Shown: positions 9,366-19,030, counted from the first letter of the stretch. The stretch: DNA of 64,000 nt from an uncultured Acidobacteriota bacterium (GCA_963805975.1 CAWDVR010000002.1:160001-224000), one strand, 5' to 3'. Notes: generated from the sequence alone by a model not told the origin. Program-made: numbers and translations.

Positions 9366-10049
9366 CTAGCGGGACCGCGAATCCCCCGGCCGCCGCTCAG
9401 GGATTACCACTTCGTTGTCCAGGACTTTTCCGACCACGACGCCGGGCCGGTCGAGCTCTTCGAGGTAGACGGGGGAGACGAGGCGGTAGCGAGTGCCAGC
9501 CGGCGGCGGGAAGGAATACAGGTTCTCGGTCCTCATGATGGCCGGGTTCATCGAACGATAGACCTTGCCCTGCAGGGCAGCCACCGTGTAAAAGAAATGG
9601 AAGCGCATCTCCTGGATCGCGGGGAACTCTGTGCCGGCCACCTGTTCCCAGACGGCGCTCCTCACCGGGCGGGAGGCATCGAGCCAGAAACGGGTCTCAC
9701 CAACTCCCTCGGCGAATGCGATCCCTTCGAGATTGACGAGCTCGAGAGGGACCGTCTTCAAACCGTTCTTCGAGAACGGCAGGCCGACTCGGGCGATCAG
9801 TGGAGATGAGCTGGTCGCTCTCGTCTCGAAGGTCCCAAGCCCCTCGAGAGAGACGAGCTTGCCCTCGTCGCATCCATCGCCACATTCTTCTGGATGGTGG
9901 GGACATACTGCCGTCGATTCCGTCGTCGGCAGCATGGCTCTCCCGGGCGCGGCACTCTGGGCCGAGGTCGCCCAGAACGCTCCTCCCACGATCAGAGACA
10001 GGACGAAGAGCAGACCCAGTGTTCTCGTTGTATTGCTTCTCATCGGCAT
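9366..10049 (-). CDS. Secreted protein of unknown function, homologous to the N-domain of paralogs A and B
   Basis: Signal peptide, CPHHPEECGDGC. FPAIQEMRFHF and SFPPPAGTRYRL align with FPVTAECHLFW and SYPPTAGTVFQL of paralog A. Confidence 0.75.
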   Translation of the reverse strand: MPMRSNTTRTLGLLFVLSLIVGGAFWATSAQSAAPGRAMLPTTESTAVCPHHPEECGDGCDEGKLVSLEGLGTFETRATSSSPLIARVGLPFSKNGLKTVPLELVNLEGIAFAEGVGETRFWLDASRPVRSAVWEQVAGTEFPAIQEMRFHFFYTVAALQGKVYRSMNPAIMRTENLYSFPPPAGTRYRLVSPVYLEELDRPGVVVGKVLDNEVVIPERRPGDSRSR

Positions 10050-10375
10050 CTCCTTTCAGATTGGCTCGAGAGCCTGGAAGAGCCCCGAGTCCGTTTGCCG
10101 CGAGAGTCGGTGGCGGATCGAGTGATTTTCAGTATTACGCGCTATATCAGCAGAAGGAGCGTCCCCTGATCGCTCGGGGCTGCTTGAAATGGAGCCTCTG
10201 TATATAGCGGTGCTGGAGAGAGGCTCAACGGGACAGCCCTCGGGCAAGCCGCCTCTATTAAGTGATCTGTGGAAGGAGAGCTTTGACGCGGATCTCCGGG
10301 GGAACGTCCGGTCGGCTGCTTCCGAGCCTGGCTCCGGTCAGGTTTCCTACGGCTGCGTCGGCGGGTTGGGAGGGG

Positions 10376-11638
10376 CTAGCCCCGCGACCTCCAGAGCCAA
10401 AGCAGCCCGGCGGCGAACGGCGCGAGCAGCCACAGGCGTGCCTGACGGAGCGGACGGGTCGCGGGACGGGCCGACTGGTTCAGCTCGCCGGGTGTCGGAG
10501 CAGCAGCCGCGAACGCTCGCGTGTCGCGCCTCCAGCCGCCGTCCGGGAAGCGCTGCAGAGAGTGCCGATCGGCGCCACCCTCGGAGTGCTCCGTCAAGAG
10601 CGGCATCCCCGGTCGCAGGAGGCGGCGAAGGCCGCTCCGCAGTGCGAGCGGTCCCAGCACCACGGCGTCTACCAGTTCGTCCGGCGTGGCTAGAAAACCG
10701 GCGGCGAAGTCGGTCTCCTGCGAGTAGTAGAGCGCCACCGCCGCTCCTTCGCCGCGCAGTGGAAGCTCGACCTCGAGGTCCGCTCCTTCGAACCCCGGAC
10801 CTCCGATCACGAACAGCCCGTCGTCCCGGCTGCGATGGCCGTCCAGGGACATGCCTCCGGTGTAGGCCTGGCCGGAGGCGTCGAACAACACGAGAGTCAG
10901 GCCATCGAGGGCACGGTTGCCCACGCCACCGTCGTGGAGCTCGACAAAGGCACTTGCGCTTCCGTCGCCGCCCACGGCGTCGAGCTCGTTGATCACCACC
11001 GCCGGGTCCATGGCTTCGCCGCTGTAGGCAACGGTGCCGGACCCGGCCGGGAACTCGCAGCGCAGGGCCTCGCTCTCGCTCGTCAGTGTGACGTTGTTCT
11101 GGAGCCGGAAGGTCGTGCCCGGCCGGGGTGGGTAGGAATCGATGCCAGAAGCCGCGTAGATGGCTTCGCTGCTGCGCATCACCAGAGCTTCTCCGGTCGT
11201 GGGGTCGGTCACCTGGAAGCGCCAGAAGAGGTGGCACTCCGCCCGTGCCGGGAAGAACGGCTGGCCGCTGGGCTGCTGCGAGACCATGCGATAAAACGAG
11301 CGCTGGTCAGGGTTCAGTGTGACGGCCGCGTTGCCGAGCTGTCCCATCGTTCCCTGGGCCTCGACCATCAACCAGTCACTCTCTTGCATGAGCGGAGAGA
11401 CGATCCTCAGGTTCCCCATCTCGGAGTAGGAGTCGAGCGCCACCACCACGGCGAAGCGCTCCGGAAGACTGGAGGCGGGACCGTAGAACCGAGGCTCGCA
11501 GCTTCCACTCTTTATGCAGCCGTTGCCGGAGCAACCGCCGCCTCCAGCGTAGCTGGGGCCCGGCGCCGTGACGAGCGCGACGACGATCGAGCCCAAGACT
11601 CCGAGTACGCGAGCGTGAGGTGCTCTCGGACCGTGCAT
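10376..11638 (-). CDS. Secreted, membrane-anchored protein, paralog B of 7782-9065 (420 aa)
   Basis: True start is probably the ATG at 11638 (GGGGGAG RBS). Shares GGGGCSGNGC, LDSYSEMG, ECHLFWRFQ, PAVVINELD and a C-terminal TM + RSRG with paralog A. Confidence 0.78.
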   Translation of the reverse strand: MHGPRAPHARVLGVLGSIVVALVTAPGPSYAGGGGCSGNGCIKSGSCEPRFYGPASSLPERFAVVVALDSYSEMGNLRIVSPLMQESDWLMVEAQGTMGQLGNAAVTLNPDQRSFYRMVSQQPSGQPFFPARAECHLFWRFQVTDPTTGEALVMRSSEAIYAASGIDSYPPRPGTTFRLQNNVTLTSESEALRCEFPAGSGTVAYSGEAMDPAVVINELDAVGGDGSASAFVELHDGGVGNRALDGLTLVLFDASGQAYTGGMSLDGHRSRDDGLFVIGGPGFEGADLEVELPLRGEGAAVALYYSQETDFAAGFLATPDELVDAVVLGPLALRSGLRRLLRPGMPLLTEHSEGGADRHSLQRFPDGGWRRDTRAFAAAAPTPGELNQSARPATRPLRQARLWLLAPFAAGLLWLWRSRG

Positions 11639-11709
11639 GGCTTCTCCCCCCTTGTTTGCAGCCGCTCTGCAATCAAGGTGAAAGGAAGCGCCACGGAGGG
11701 GACAGATCC

Positions 11710-12804
11710 CTAGTACACCCCGACCACCACGCTCTCCTGCAGGCGGGAGAAGAGGCGGAGGTTGGTGACGCCGTCCCAGGGGTAGCGGTCGATGGGCTCG
11801 GCGCGCTCGCCCTCGTCGCGCTCGAGGAAACGCGGCATGAAGAACTCCTTGGTGAGCGTGGTGAGCATCACGCGGCCGGTCTCGCCGTAGTCGACCCTGC
11901 GCTCGGGGTCGTCGGGATCGACGATCTCGAAGGTCGCCCGCGGCACGGGCGGGTAATAGGTGATGGCGTAGTCCGGCTTCTCGGGGTCGAAGGGTCGCGG
12001 GCAGGCGAGGCCCATCAACGTGTTGCCGTAGGTGGGGATGAAGTCGATCCCCGGCACCAGCTCTTCCCTGGCAAAACGGTGGAACTGCTCGTTCATCTCC
12101 GTGCCGCCGCAGAAGATGCCGGTAATACCCACCTTGCGCAAATCGATCTTCTCGCAGAGCGACTCGAGGAGCTTGGGGGTGGTGAACAGGCAGCGGATGG
12201 TGTCGTGGGCGCGCAGCAGCGTCAGCCCCTGGTCGACGACGTGCAGCTTGTAGGCCGCGAGCTCGCCGTGCTTGCCGGCCTTGATCAGCTTGTTGACCCA
12301 GCGCGGGTCGAGGTCCACGTGGAACGCGATGCCGCCGCGGTGCTGCGCGAGGTGCTCGATGGCGAGCCGCAGGCGCCTTGGCCCCGTCGGCCCCAGCATC
12401 AGCCAGTCGCCGCCCGGCGGAAAGGTCTCGTCGGACAGCGTGCTGCTGTACATCTCGTAGTCGATGCGGAAGTCGTCGATCGAGATGCGGCTCTTGGGCA
12501 CGCCGGTCGAGCCGCCGGTCTCGAACACCGAGATCGGCGAGCGCTGGTAGGCCTCCGGCACCCAGCGCCGCACGGGCCCGCCGCGCAGCCACTCGTCCTG
12601 GAAGTGGCCCAGGTGCTTGAGGTCGTCGTAGCCCTGGACCTTGTCGCGCGGATCGAACGGCAGCTTGGCGGCGTAGCCGAGCCAGAACGGGCAGCCGGTC
12701 TCGGGCGAGAAGTGCCAGGCGACCATGTCGCGCACGTGCGCGTCGAGGGCGAGGCGCGTCTCGCGGACCTTCTCGGAGCGGGCAGAGGGGGCGATGACTT
12801 CCAC
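11710..12804 (-). CDS. EhpF/GriC-like (LuxE/PaaK-type ANL superfamily) adenylate-forming enzyme, 364 aa
   Basis: WHFSPETGCPFW, P-loop ETGGSTGVPK, FTTPKLLE, GGT, YGNT, GRVMLTTLT..F..ERD. GTG start at 12804 with a GAGGAGG RBS. Confidence 0.8.
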   Translation of the reverse strand: MEVIAPSARSEKVRETRLALDAHVRDMVAWHFSPETGCPFWLGYAAKLPFDPRDKVQGYDDLKHLGHFQDEWLRGGPVRRWVPEAYQRSPISVFETGGSTGVPKSRISIDDFRIDYEMYSSTLSDETFPPGGDWLMLGPTGPRRLRLAIEHLAQHRGGIAFHVDLDPRWVNKLIKAGKHGELAAYKLHVVDQGLTLLRAHDTIRCLFTTPKLLESLCEKIDLRKVGITGIFCGGTEMNEQFHRFAREELVPGIDFIPTYGNTLMGLACPRPFDPEKPDYAITYYPPVPRATFEIVDPDDPERRVDYGETGRVMLTTLTKEFFMPRFLERDEGERAEPIDRYPWDGVTNLRLFSRLQESVVVGVY

Positions 12805-12817
12805 GCTCGGTCCCTCC

Positions 12818-14341
12818 TCAGCCCTGCGGCTTGGCCGGTGCGGCCGGCGGCGCGATCGCTGCGGCGTTGTCCTTGTCCCACTCGGCGAGCGGCTTCGACT
12901 TGGCGCCCTCCTTGAGGGCGAAGAGCCGGCTGCGGCTCGCCACGTAGAGCACGCCGTCCTCGGCCACGGGGGTGGTGTAGACGGCGTTGCCCACGTTCCA
13001 CTCGCCGAGGACCTTCTTGGTCTTCGACGCCTCGAGCACCACCACGTCGCCGTCCTCGTCCCCGAGATAGACCTTGCCGTCCGCCACGAAGGGCGAGCCC
13101 CAGATGGCGGCGAACACGTCGTGCTTCCAGATCTCCTTGCCGGTCTCCGGGTCGAGGGCATAGAGGAAGCCGGAGAGGTCGGCCGCGAACAGGATGCCGT
13201 TGGCCGACGCCACGGTGGACATGGTGCGGTGGAACTCGTCGCCGCCGCGGTGCCAGGTCTCCTTGCCGGTGATGTCGCCGTCCATCCAGGCGGGGATCGC
13301 GTAGAGATGGCCGGGCGCCTCGCCGTGCTCGGGGTCCTGCCCCACGCCCAGGTAGACGTGGTCGTTGGCGAGCACCGGGGTGGCCACGATGTAGTTCCTG
13401 GTGCCGGCGCCGCCGATCACGTACTTCGCGTCCTTGGGGTTGAGGTCGAAGCTCCAGAGAAGCTTGCCGGTCAGGGGCTCGAAGGAGTAGACCCAGCCGT
13501 TGCCGCCGGGGAAGATCACCTGCGCACGGCCGCGCACCACGCCGTAGACCGGGTTCGACCACTGCCCGTGCAGGATGCTGTTGCCGGGCAGGCTGCTCTC
13601 CCAGACCAGCTTGCCGGTGTTCTTGTTGACCGCGATGAAGCTCGGCGCGGCCGGCGCGGGGATGTTGACGTGGCCCTCGTCCACACCGTTGGCGGTCACC
13701 GTGTAGAGCAGATCGCCCACTACCATCGGGTTGCCGGCCGCCAGGTTGTGGGGGAAGACGTCGAGCTCGCCCATCATGTCGAGCCTCCAGACCACGTCCT
13801 CGTCGGTCTCGCTCTTCTCGGTCTCGCCGCTGAACGGCCCGTCGTTCTCGCCGTCCCGGAAGCCCTCGGTGTCGGCGGCGATGAGCTCGGCGCGGTTCGA
13901 GACGTAGTAGAGCCGGTCGCCTTCGACGTAGGGGCCCGAGCAGATGCCCTGGAGCGGCCAGTCGTTCACCCGGCCGGCCGAGAGCTTGGCGTGGGCGCTC
14001 TGCCACAGGAGCCTGCCGTCCTTCGAGCTGAACACCAGCATGTTGCCGCGATCGCCCGTGAGCTTGGGGTTCCGCTTGCCCTCGTTGTTGCTGCCCACGT
14101 AGACCTTGCCCTTGAAGAGCACCGGGCCGCCGTAGGACTGCGAGCCGAGGGTCGCCACCCAGAGCACGTTCTCGCCGGTCTCGACGTTCCACTTCGCGGG
14201 CAGGTTCTTGGCCGGCGAGACCATGTTGCGGGACCAGGTGCCGCCGAACATCGCGTAGCCGCCGGCCGGCGGCGCGGCGGGAGCGGCCAGTGCCCCGCCG
14301 GCGGCGAGGCTCAAAAGGGCAAGGGCGTATCGGGATCTCAT
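12818..14341 (-). CDS. Secreted PQQ-binding-like beta-propeller protein #3
   Basis: Signal peptide, MFGGTWSRNMVS, blade motifs, and an acidic insertion DTEGFRDGENDGPF shared with #7. Confidence 0.9.
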   Translation of the reverse strand: MRSRYALALLSLAAGGALAAPAAPPAGGYAMFGGTWSRNMVSPAKNLPAKWNVETGENVLWVATLGSQSYGGPVLFKGKVYVGSNNEGKRNPKLTGDRGNMLVFSSKDGRLLWQSAHAKLSAGRVNDWPLQGICSGPYVEGDRLYYVSNRAELIAADTEGFRDGENDGPFSGETEKSETDEDVVWRLDMMGELDVFPHNLAAGNPMVVGDLLYTVTANGVDEGHVNIPAPAAPSFIAVNKNTGKLVWESSLPGNSILHGQWSNPVYGVVRGRAQVIFPGGNGWVYSFEPLTGKLLWSFDLNPKDAKYVIGGAGTRNYIVATPVLANDHVYLGVGQDPEHGEAPGHLYAIPAWMDGDITGKETWHRGGDEFHRTMSTVASANGILFAADLSGFLYALDPETGKEIWKHDVFAAIWGSPFVADGKVYLGDEDGDVVVLEASKTKKVLGEWNVGNAVYTTPVAEDGVLYVASRSRLFALKEGAKSKPLAEWDKDNAAAIAPPAAPAKPQG

Positions 14342-14345
14342 GGCG

Positions 14346-16556
14346 CTAGTTCCTCGTCACGGAGACGTTGTCGAAGTAGATGGGAGAGGGCGAGAAACCG
14401 TAGAGCCCAGGCGCTCCAGCGGGGATGGGCAGCGGGTCCTCGGCGGTCAGGGTCCAGTCCGCGGGCTCGGCCTCGCCCTTCTTCCACACCTTCACCTGGA
14501 CGACCGACTTGCCGCCCGCGGTCGTCGCCACCTTGAGCTTCATGGTGTACCAGGTGGCCGGCTGCCAGGGGAACGGTACCTGCTTCGAGGCGCGCAGCTC
14601 CGACTCCCAGGAGCGGACCTGGATCTGCTGCTGGGCGCCCATCAGGTCGGCGGCGTAGCCGCTGTTGATGAGCCCCATGTCCGGCAGCTTGCGGCCGGTC
14701 TGGATGCCCTGGAGGTCGGCCTGGATCGTGTACTCGCTCCACCACGCGGGCCCGACGAAGGTCTTGTGCCGGTGGATGCCCTCGGGAGCCGGGCCCTTCG
14801 CCAGCACCTTGCCACCCTCCACCTCGGCCACCTCGAAGCGGCCGAGCCCGGAGAGGAAATAGCCGGGCCGCTGCTTGACGGCGACGGCCTCGAAATCCTC
14901 GCGGAGCGCCGGCTCGCCGAAGGCGCGCACCCGCGCCGCGGCCGTGAGCTCGCCGGCCTTGGCGGTGACCTTCCCGGCCTGGACGGCCTTGGCGGCATCG
15001 AGGCTCAGCTTGCCGGCATCCACCGTGCCCGCGAGCCCTTCGAGCGCCCAGGTCACCTGGGGCGCGGTCACCTCGCGGCCCTTGGCGTCGAAGGCCAGCA
15101 ACTTGAAAGTCGCGTTGCCGCCCTGCTTCAGGCTGACCTCGCCCGGGACGATCAGGAGCTTGGTCGGCGTGGCGCCGGCGGGCGCGGGATCTTGCGGCGG
15201 GCCGGGAACGGTCTTCGGCCCGGGCTGGATCTTGGCCACCTTGGTCTTGTCCCCCAAGGCGTAGAACCCTTCCTCGCTGGTGAAGTACAGCCGCCCGTAG
15301 GCGACGGCGAACGAGCCGTAGATCTCGGCCGGCCGGCCGTCGGGCATGTGCAGCTCGACGACGCTCAACCCCTCGGCCGAGGTGGGTCCGATCTTGACGA
15401 TGTGCACCCGGCCGTTGACCTCCGTGACGTAGACCTTGCCGTCCGCCACCACGGGCGAGGCCTTGCCCACGGTGCCGAGATCGAAGGTCCAGTCGATGTG
15501 GCCGCTCGCGGCATCCACCTGGTAGAGGTTGGCGGAGTTGTCGACGATGTAGAGCTTGCCCTTCGAGTAGGCCGGGGTCGAGAAGCCGGCCTCGATGTGG
15601 ACGCGCCACTTCTCGTTCGTCTTGGAGACGTCGCCGCTGCCGCGCGGGTCGATCGCCACCATGCGGCCCATCTCCTCGCTGTCCATGTTCTCCTCGGAAT
15701 GCGCGAGGAAGATGGTGCCGTCCGCGCCCACCACCGGCGAGGTGTTGATCGAGCGCTTGGAGAGCTGGAAGCTCCACACCTTCTCGCCGGTGCGCGCATC
15801 GGTGGCGTAGACCCAGCCCTCGGAGTAGCCGGCCACCAGCAGGCGCCGGCCGTCGACGATCACCACCGCCGGCGTCGACTGGCTGTTCATGTCCTCGGGC
15901 GGCGTCGAGGGGTTGGCCACCCAGATCAGGTCGCCGTTCTTCTTGTCGAAGGCGTAGAGCCGGTGGCGCGGCGGCGAGAGCTCGGCCCAGCCGGTAGACA
16001 CGAAGGGCACGATCACCCGGCCCTCGTCCACCAGCGGCGTCTGGGTGCGGCCACCGAAGCCGGAGGCGAAACCGAAGTCCTCCACCAAATTGCGCTCCCA
16101 GACGATCTTGCCGTCGCGGTCGAGGCAGAGGAAGGTGCCGCCCACGCCTTGCACGTAGAGGTAGCCGGTCTCGGGGTCGCCGGCGACGCTCGCCCAGCCC
16201 ACGCGGTTCCAGGGCACGGAGGTGTGGTAGACGTTGAAGCGATGGTCCCAGAGCTTCTGGCCGGTGGCGGCGTCGAAGCAGCCCACCCACTCCTGGCGCA
16301 GGTCGCCCTCGCCGGTCCGGCCGTTGGCGCAGGCGCGGCCGTCGAAGACCACCGGTGTCGAGCGCCCGGTGAGGTCGGCCCGCCAGAGCAGGTTCTCTCC
16401 GGCCTTGGACCAGGAGGACACGAGCCCGGTCTCGGTCGAGACGCCGTCGTTGTTGGGCCCCCGCCAGCCGGCCCACTCTTCCGCGGCAGCAGGGGCGACT
16501 ACCCCGGCCAGCGCGAGCAGGACCGTGACGACACTCACCGTGGGAAACGAACGCAT
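14346..16556 (-). CDS. Secreted PQQ-binding-like beta-propeller #4 with C-terminal Ig-like and beta-sandwich (lectin/DUF1080-like) domains
   Basis: AGGAGG RBS, signal peptide, WAGWRGP, blade motifs. The C-terminus contains YTIQAD, WYTMKLKV, VKVWKKGEAEP.DW and YFDNVSV. Confidence 0.85.
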   Translation of the reverse strand: MRSFPTVSVVTVLLALAGVVAPAAAEEWAGWRGPNNDGVSTETGLVSSWSKAGENLLWRADLTGRSTPVVFDGRACANGRTGEGDLRQEWVGCFDAATGQKLWDHRFNVYHTSVPWNRVGWASVAGDPETGYLYVQGVGGTFLCLDRDGKIVWERNLVEDFGFASGFGGRTQTPLVDEGRVIVPFVSTGWAELSPPRHRLYAFDKKNGDLIWVANPSTPPEDMNSQSTPAVVIVDGRRLLVAGYSEGWVYATDARTGEKVWSFQLSKRSINTSPVVGADGTIFLAHSEENMDSEEMGRMVAIDPRGSGDVSKTNEKWRVHIEAGFSTPAYSKGKLYIVDNSANLYQVDAASGHIDWTFDLGTVGKASPVVADGKVYVTEVNGRVHIVKIGPTSAEGLSVVELHMPDGRPAEIYGSFAVAYGRLYFTSEEGFYALGDKTKVAKIQPGPKTVPGPPQDPAPAGATPTKLLIVPGEVSLKQGGNATFKLLAFDAKGREVTAPQVTWALEGLAGTVDAGKLSLDAAKAVQAGKVTAKAGELTAAARVRAFGEPALREDFEAVAVKQRPGYFLSGLGRFEVAEVEGGKVLAKGPAPEGIHRHKTFVGPAWWSEYTIQADLQGIQTGRKLPDMGLINSGYAADLMGAQQQIQVRSWESELRASKQVPFPWQPATWYTMKLKVATTAGGKSVVQVKVWKKGEAEPADWTLTAEDPLPIPAGAPGLYGFSPSPIYFDNVSVTRN

Positions 16557-16735
16557 ACGCATCTTCCTCCTTGGGGGGCTCCTGGCAGGGACTGTCGTGA
16601 CCGGCTCCGCACCGCCCGAGATTTCTACCACAACTGTCGTAAATCGGGATGGAGGCGAAATCCTTGGCCCCTTGTCACCGTATAGACTGTTTGAGCTCGA
16701 CTCACGACTCTCCAACCGCCTGGAGCACCAAGACC

Positions 16736-17587
16736 ATGAAGCGCTTCCTACCCATTCTCCTGCTCGCGATCGCCTTTCCTGCCGCCGGCCAGCAGCCTGC
16801 CCCGCAGCCGCTGCCGCCGGAAGACCGCGGCGCCGAGCTGCACGAGGCCGCGCGCAAAGGTGATCTCGCCCAGGTCCAGCTGCTGCTCGGCGCCGGCGTG
16901 CCGGTCAACATCAAGAGCGAGTACGGCGCCACCGCGCTCTCGTTCGCCGCCGACAAGGGCCACCTGGACCTGGTGAAGTTCCTGATCTCGCATGGCGCCG
17001 AGGTCGACGTCACCGACACCTTCTACCAGTCGACGCCGATCATCTGGGCGGCCTACAACGGGCGTGCCGAGGTGGTGCGGGTGCTGGTCGAGGCCGGGGC
17101 CGACGCTTCGGGCGCCCTGGGGATGGCGGTCGAGCGCGACAAGCTGGAGGTGGTCCGCGCGCTGCTCGACTCCGGCAAGCTCAAGCCCGAGGCCCTGCCG
17201 GGGACCCTCGCCGCGGCCAAGGCCTCCGGCAAGACCGAGGTGGTCAAGCTGCTGGAAGCCGCCGGGGTGAAGCCCCCGCCGCCGGCCAACGCCAAGATCG
17301 ACCCCGCGATCCTCGCCTCCTACGCCGGCCGCTACGAGAACGACCAGTTCTTCCTCGTGCTCTCGGTGGCCGACGGCAACCTGCACGTCGCCTTCATGGG
17401 CCAGCCGCCCTCGGCCCTGGGCGCCGTGGACGCCACCCACTTTCGCCTCCTGGTCTATGAGGCCGTGAGCCTCGAGATCAAGTCCGAGAACGGCAAGGTG
17501 ACGGCGGTAGAGGTCGACCAGGCGGGCAGCAAGACGACCGCCAAGCGGGTCGAGGCCGCGCCCGCCGCCACCCCGTCCAACCCCTGA
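16736..17587 (+). CDS. Secreted ankyrin-repeat protein with C-terminal DUF3471-like domain (copy 1)
   Basis: Signal peptide MKRFLPILLLAIAFPAAG. Ankyrin motifs LHEAARKGD, GATALSFAA.KGH and TPIIWAAYNG. C-terminal IDPAILASYAGRYE. Confidence 0.88.
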   Translation: MKRFLPILLLAIAFPAAGQQPAPQPLPPEDRGAELHEAARKGDLAQVQLLLGAGVPVNIKSEYGATALSFAADKGHLDLVKFLISHGAEVDVTDTFYQSTPIIWAAYNGRAEVVRVLVEAGADASGALGMAVERDKLEVVRALLDSGKLKPEALPGTLAAAKASGKTEVVKLLEAAGVKPPPPANAKIDPAILASYAGRYENDQFFLVLSVADGNLHVAFMGQPPSALGAVDATHFRLLVYEAVSLEIKSENGKVTAVEVDQAGSKTTAKRVEAAPAATPSNP

Positions 17588-17619
17588 TCGTCAACTCCTG
17601 ATCGCCCAACTCCTGATCA
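17578..17619. repeat. Three tandem copies of CAAC(C/T)CCTGATC between the ankyrin and propeller genes
   Basis: CAACCCCTGATCG-T-CAACTCCTGATCG-CC-CAACTCCTGATCA. Confidence 0.65.
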
Positions 17620-17644
17620 AGAATCCTCCCGAGAGAGTCGAGAT

Positions 17645-19030
17645 ATGACCACCAAGCCCCGGATCCTGCTCACCGCTCTCGCCCTGGGCGCCGCCACGCT
17701 GGCCGCCGTCCCGAGCGGAGCTGCCCAGAACTGGCCCGCCTTCCGTGGCGCCAACGCCTCCGGCGTGGCCGAGGGCGCCAAGCCGCCGCTCGACTGGAAC
17801 GTGAAGGAAGGCAAGAACGTGGCGTGGAAGGCGGCCATCCCCGGCTTCTCTCACGCCAGCCCCGTGGTCTGGGGCGAGTCCCTGTTCCTGGCCTCCGCGG
17901 TCCACCTGGCCGGCGAGCCGCAACTGCGCACCGGCCTCTACGGCGACGTGGACGTGACCCAGAACGAAGGCGAGATCTCCTGGCGCGTCTACGCGCTCGA
18001 CAAGAAGAGCGGCAAGACCCTCTGGGAGCACGAGGTCTTCAAGGGCAAGGCGCTCGCCGACCGCCACATCAAGGCCACGCACGCCAACTCCACCCCCGCC
18101 ACCGACGGCAAGCGCGTGGTGTTCTTCTTCGGCTCGCTCGGTCATCTCTACGGCTTCGACCTCGCCGGCACCCAGAAGTGGAAGGTGGAGCTCGGGCCCG
18201 TCGACACCGGCTGGTTCTACGACCCGTCCTACCAGTGGGGCCACTCGAGCTCGCCCATCCTCTGGGACGGCAAGGTGATCCTGCAGGTGGACCGCGCCAA
18301 GGACGCTTTCCTCGCCGCCTACGATGCCGAGACCGGCAAGGAGCTCTGGAAGACGCCGCGGCCGGGGATCTCCTCCTGGGGCACGCCGACCGTGGTCGAG
18401 GGGCCGAACGGCCCCGAGATCGTGACCGACGGCGGCAAAGGCGTCATCGGCTACGACGCCAGGACGGGAAAAGAGGTGTGGAAGCTCACGCCCACCTCCG
18501 AGGTGACCGTGGCGACGCCGGTGACGGGCCACGGCCTGGTCTACATCTCGAACGGCTACCGGCCGGTGCAGCCGGTCTACGCGATCCGGCCCGGTGGCCG
18601 CGGTGACATCTCGCTCGCCAAGGACACCACCGCCAACGATCACGTCGCCTGGAGCCACCCCAAGGGCGGCACCTACATCCCGACGCCGATCGTGGTCGGC
18701 GACCAATTCTACACACTGGCCAACGACGGCCGCCTGACCTGCTATGACGCCAAGACCGGCGCCCAGGTCTACCAGCAGAGGGTGGGCGGAGGCCGGGCGG
18801 CCTTCACCGCCTCCCCGGTGGCGGCCGACGGCCGGATCTACCTCTCGAGCGAGGACGGCGACGTCTACGTGGTCAAGGCCGGCGCCACCTACGAGAGCCT
18901 GGGCGTGAGCTCCTTCGGAGAATCCATCATGGCGAGCCCCGCGATCTCCGGCGACGTGCTCTTCGTGAGGACCCGGAGCCACCTGTTCGCCCTCCAGGCC
19001 GCTCTCCCTGCGCCGGCCGGCGCTCCCTGA
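17645..19030 (+). CDS. Secreted PQQ-binding-like beta-propeller protein #5
   Basis: Signal peptide, NWPAFRG, HANSTPATDG, SWGTP, FTASPVAADG. Confidence 0.9.
   Translation: MTTKPRILLTALALGAATLAAVPSGAAQNWPAFRGANASGVAEGAKPPLDWNVKEGKNVAWKAAIPGFSHASPVVWGESLFLASAVHLAGEPQLRTGLYGDVDVTQNEGEISWRVYALDKKSGKTLWEHEVFKGKALADRHIKATHANSTPATDGKRVVFFFGSLGHLYGFDLAGTQKWKVELGPVDTGWFYDPSYQWGHSSSPILWDGKVILQVDRAKDAFLAAYDAETGKELWKTPRPGISSWGTPTVVEGPNGPEIVTDGGKGVIGYDARTGKEVWKLTPTSEVTVATPVTGHGLVYISNGYRPVQPVYAIRPGGRGDISLAKDTTANDHVAWSHPKGGTYIPTPIVVGDQFYTLANDGRLTCYDAKTGAQVYQQRVGGGRAAFTASPVAADGRIYLSSEDGDVYVVKAGATYESLGVSSFGESIMASPAISGDVLFVRTRSHLFALQAALPAPAGAP

Noticed and set aside
10376-12592. 738-aa ORF
   Set aside because: Its N-terminal part is an out-of-frame overlap with the adenylase. 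The real gene starts at 11638 with an RBS and signal peptide.
17578-17619. Short repeats as a CRISPR array
   Set aside because: The units are too short, have no spacers, and no cas genes are present.
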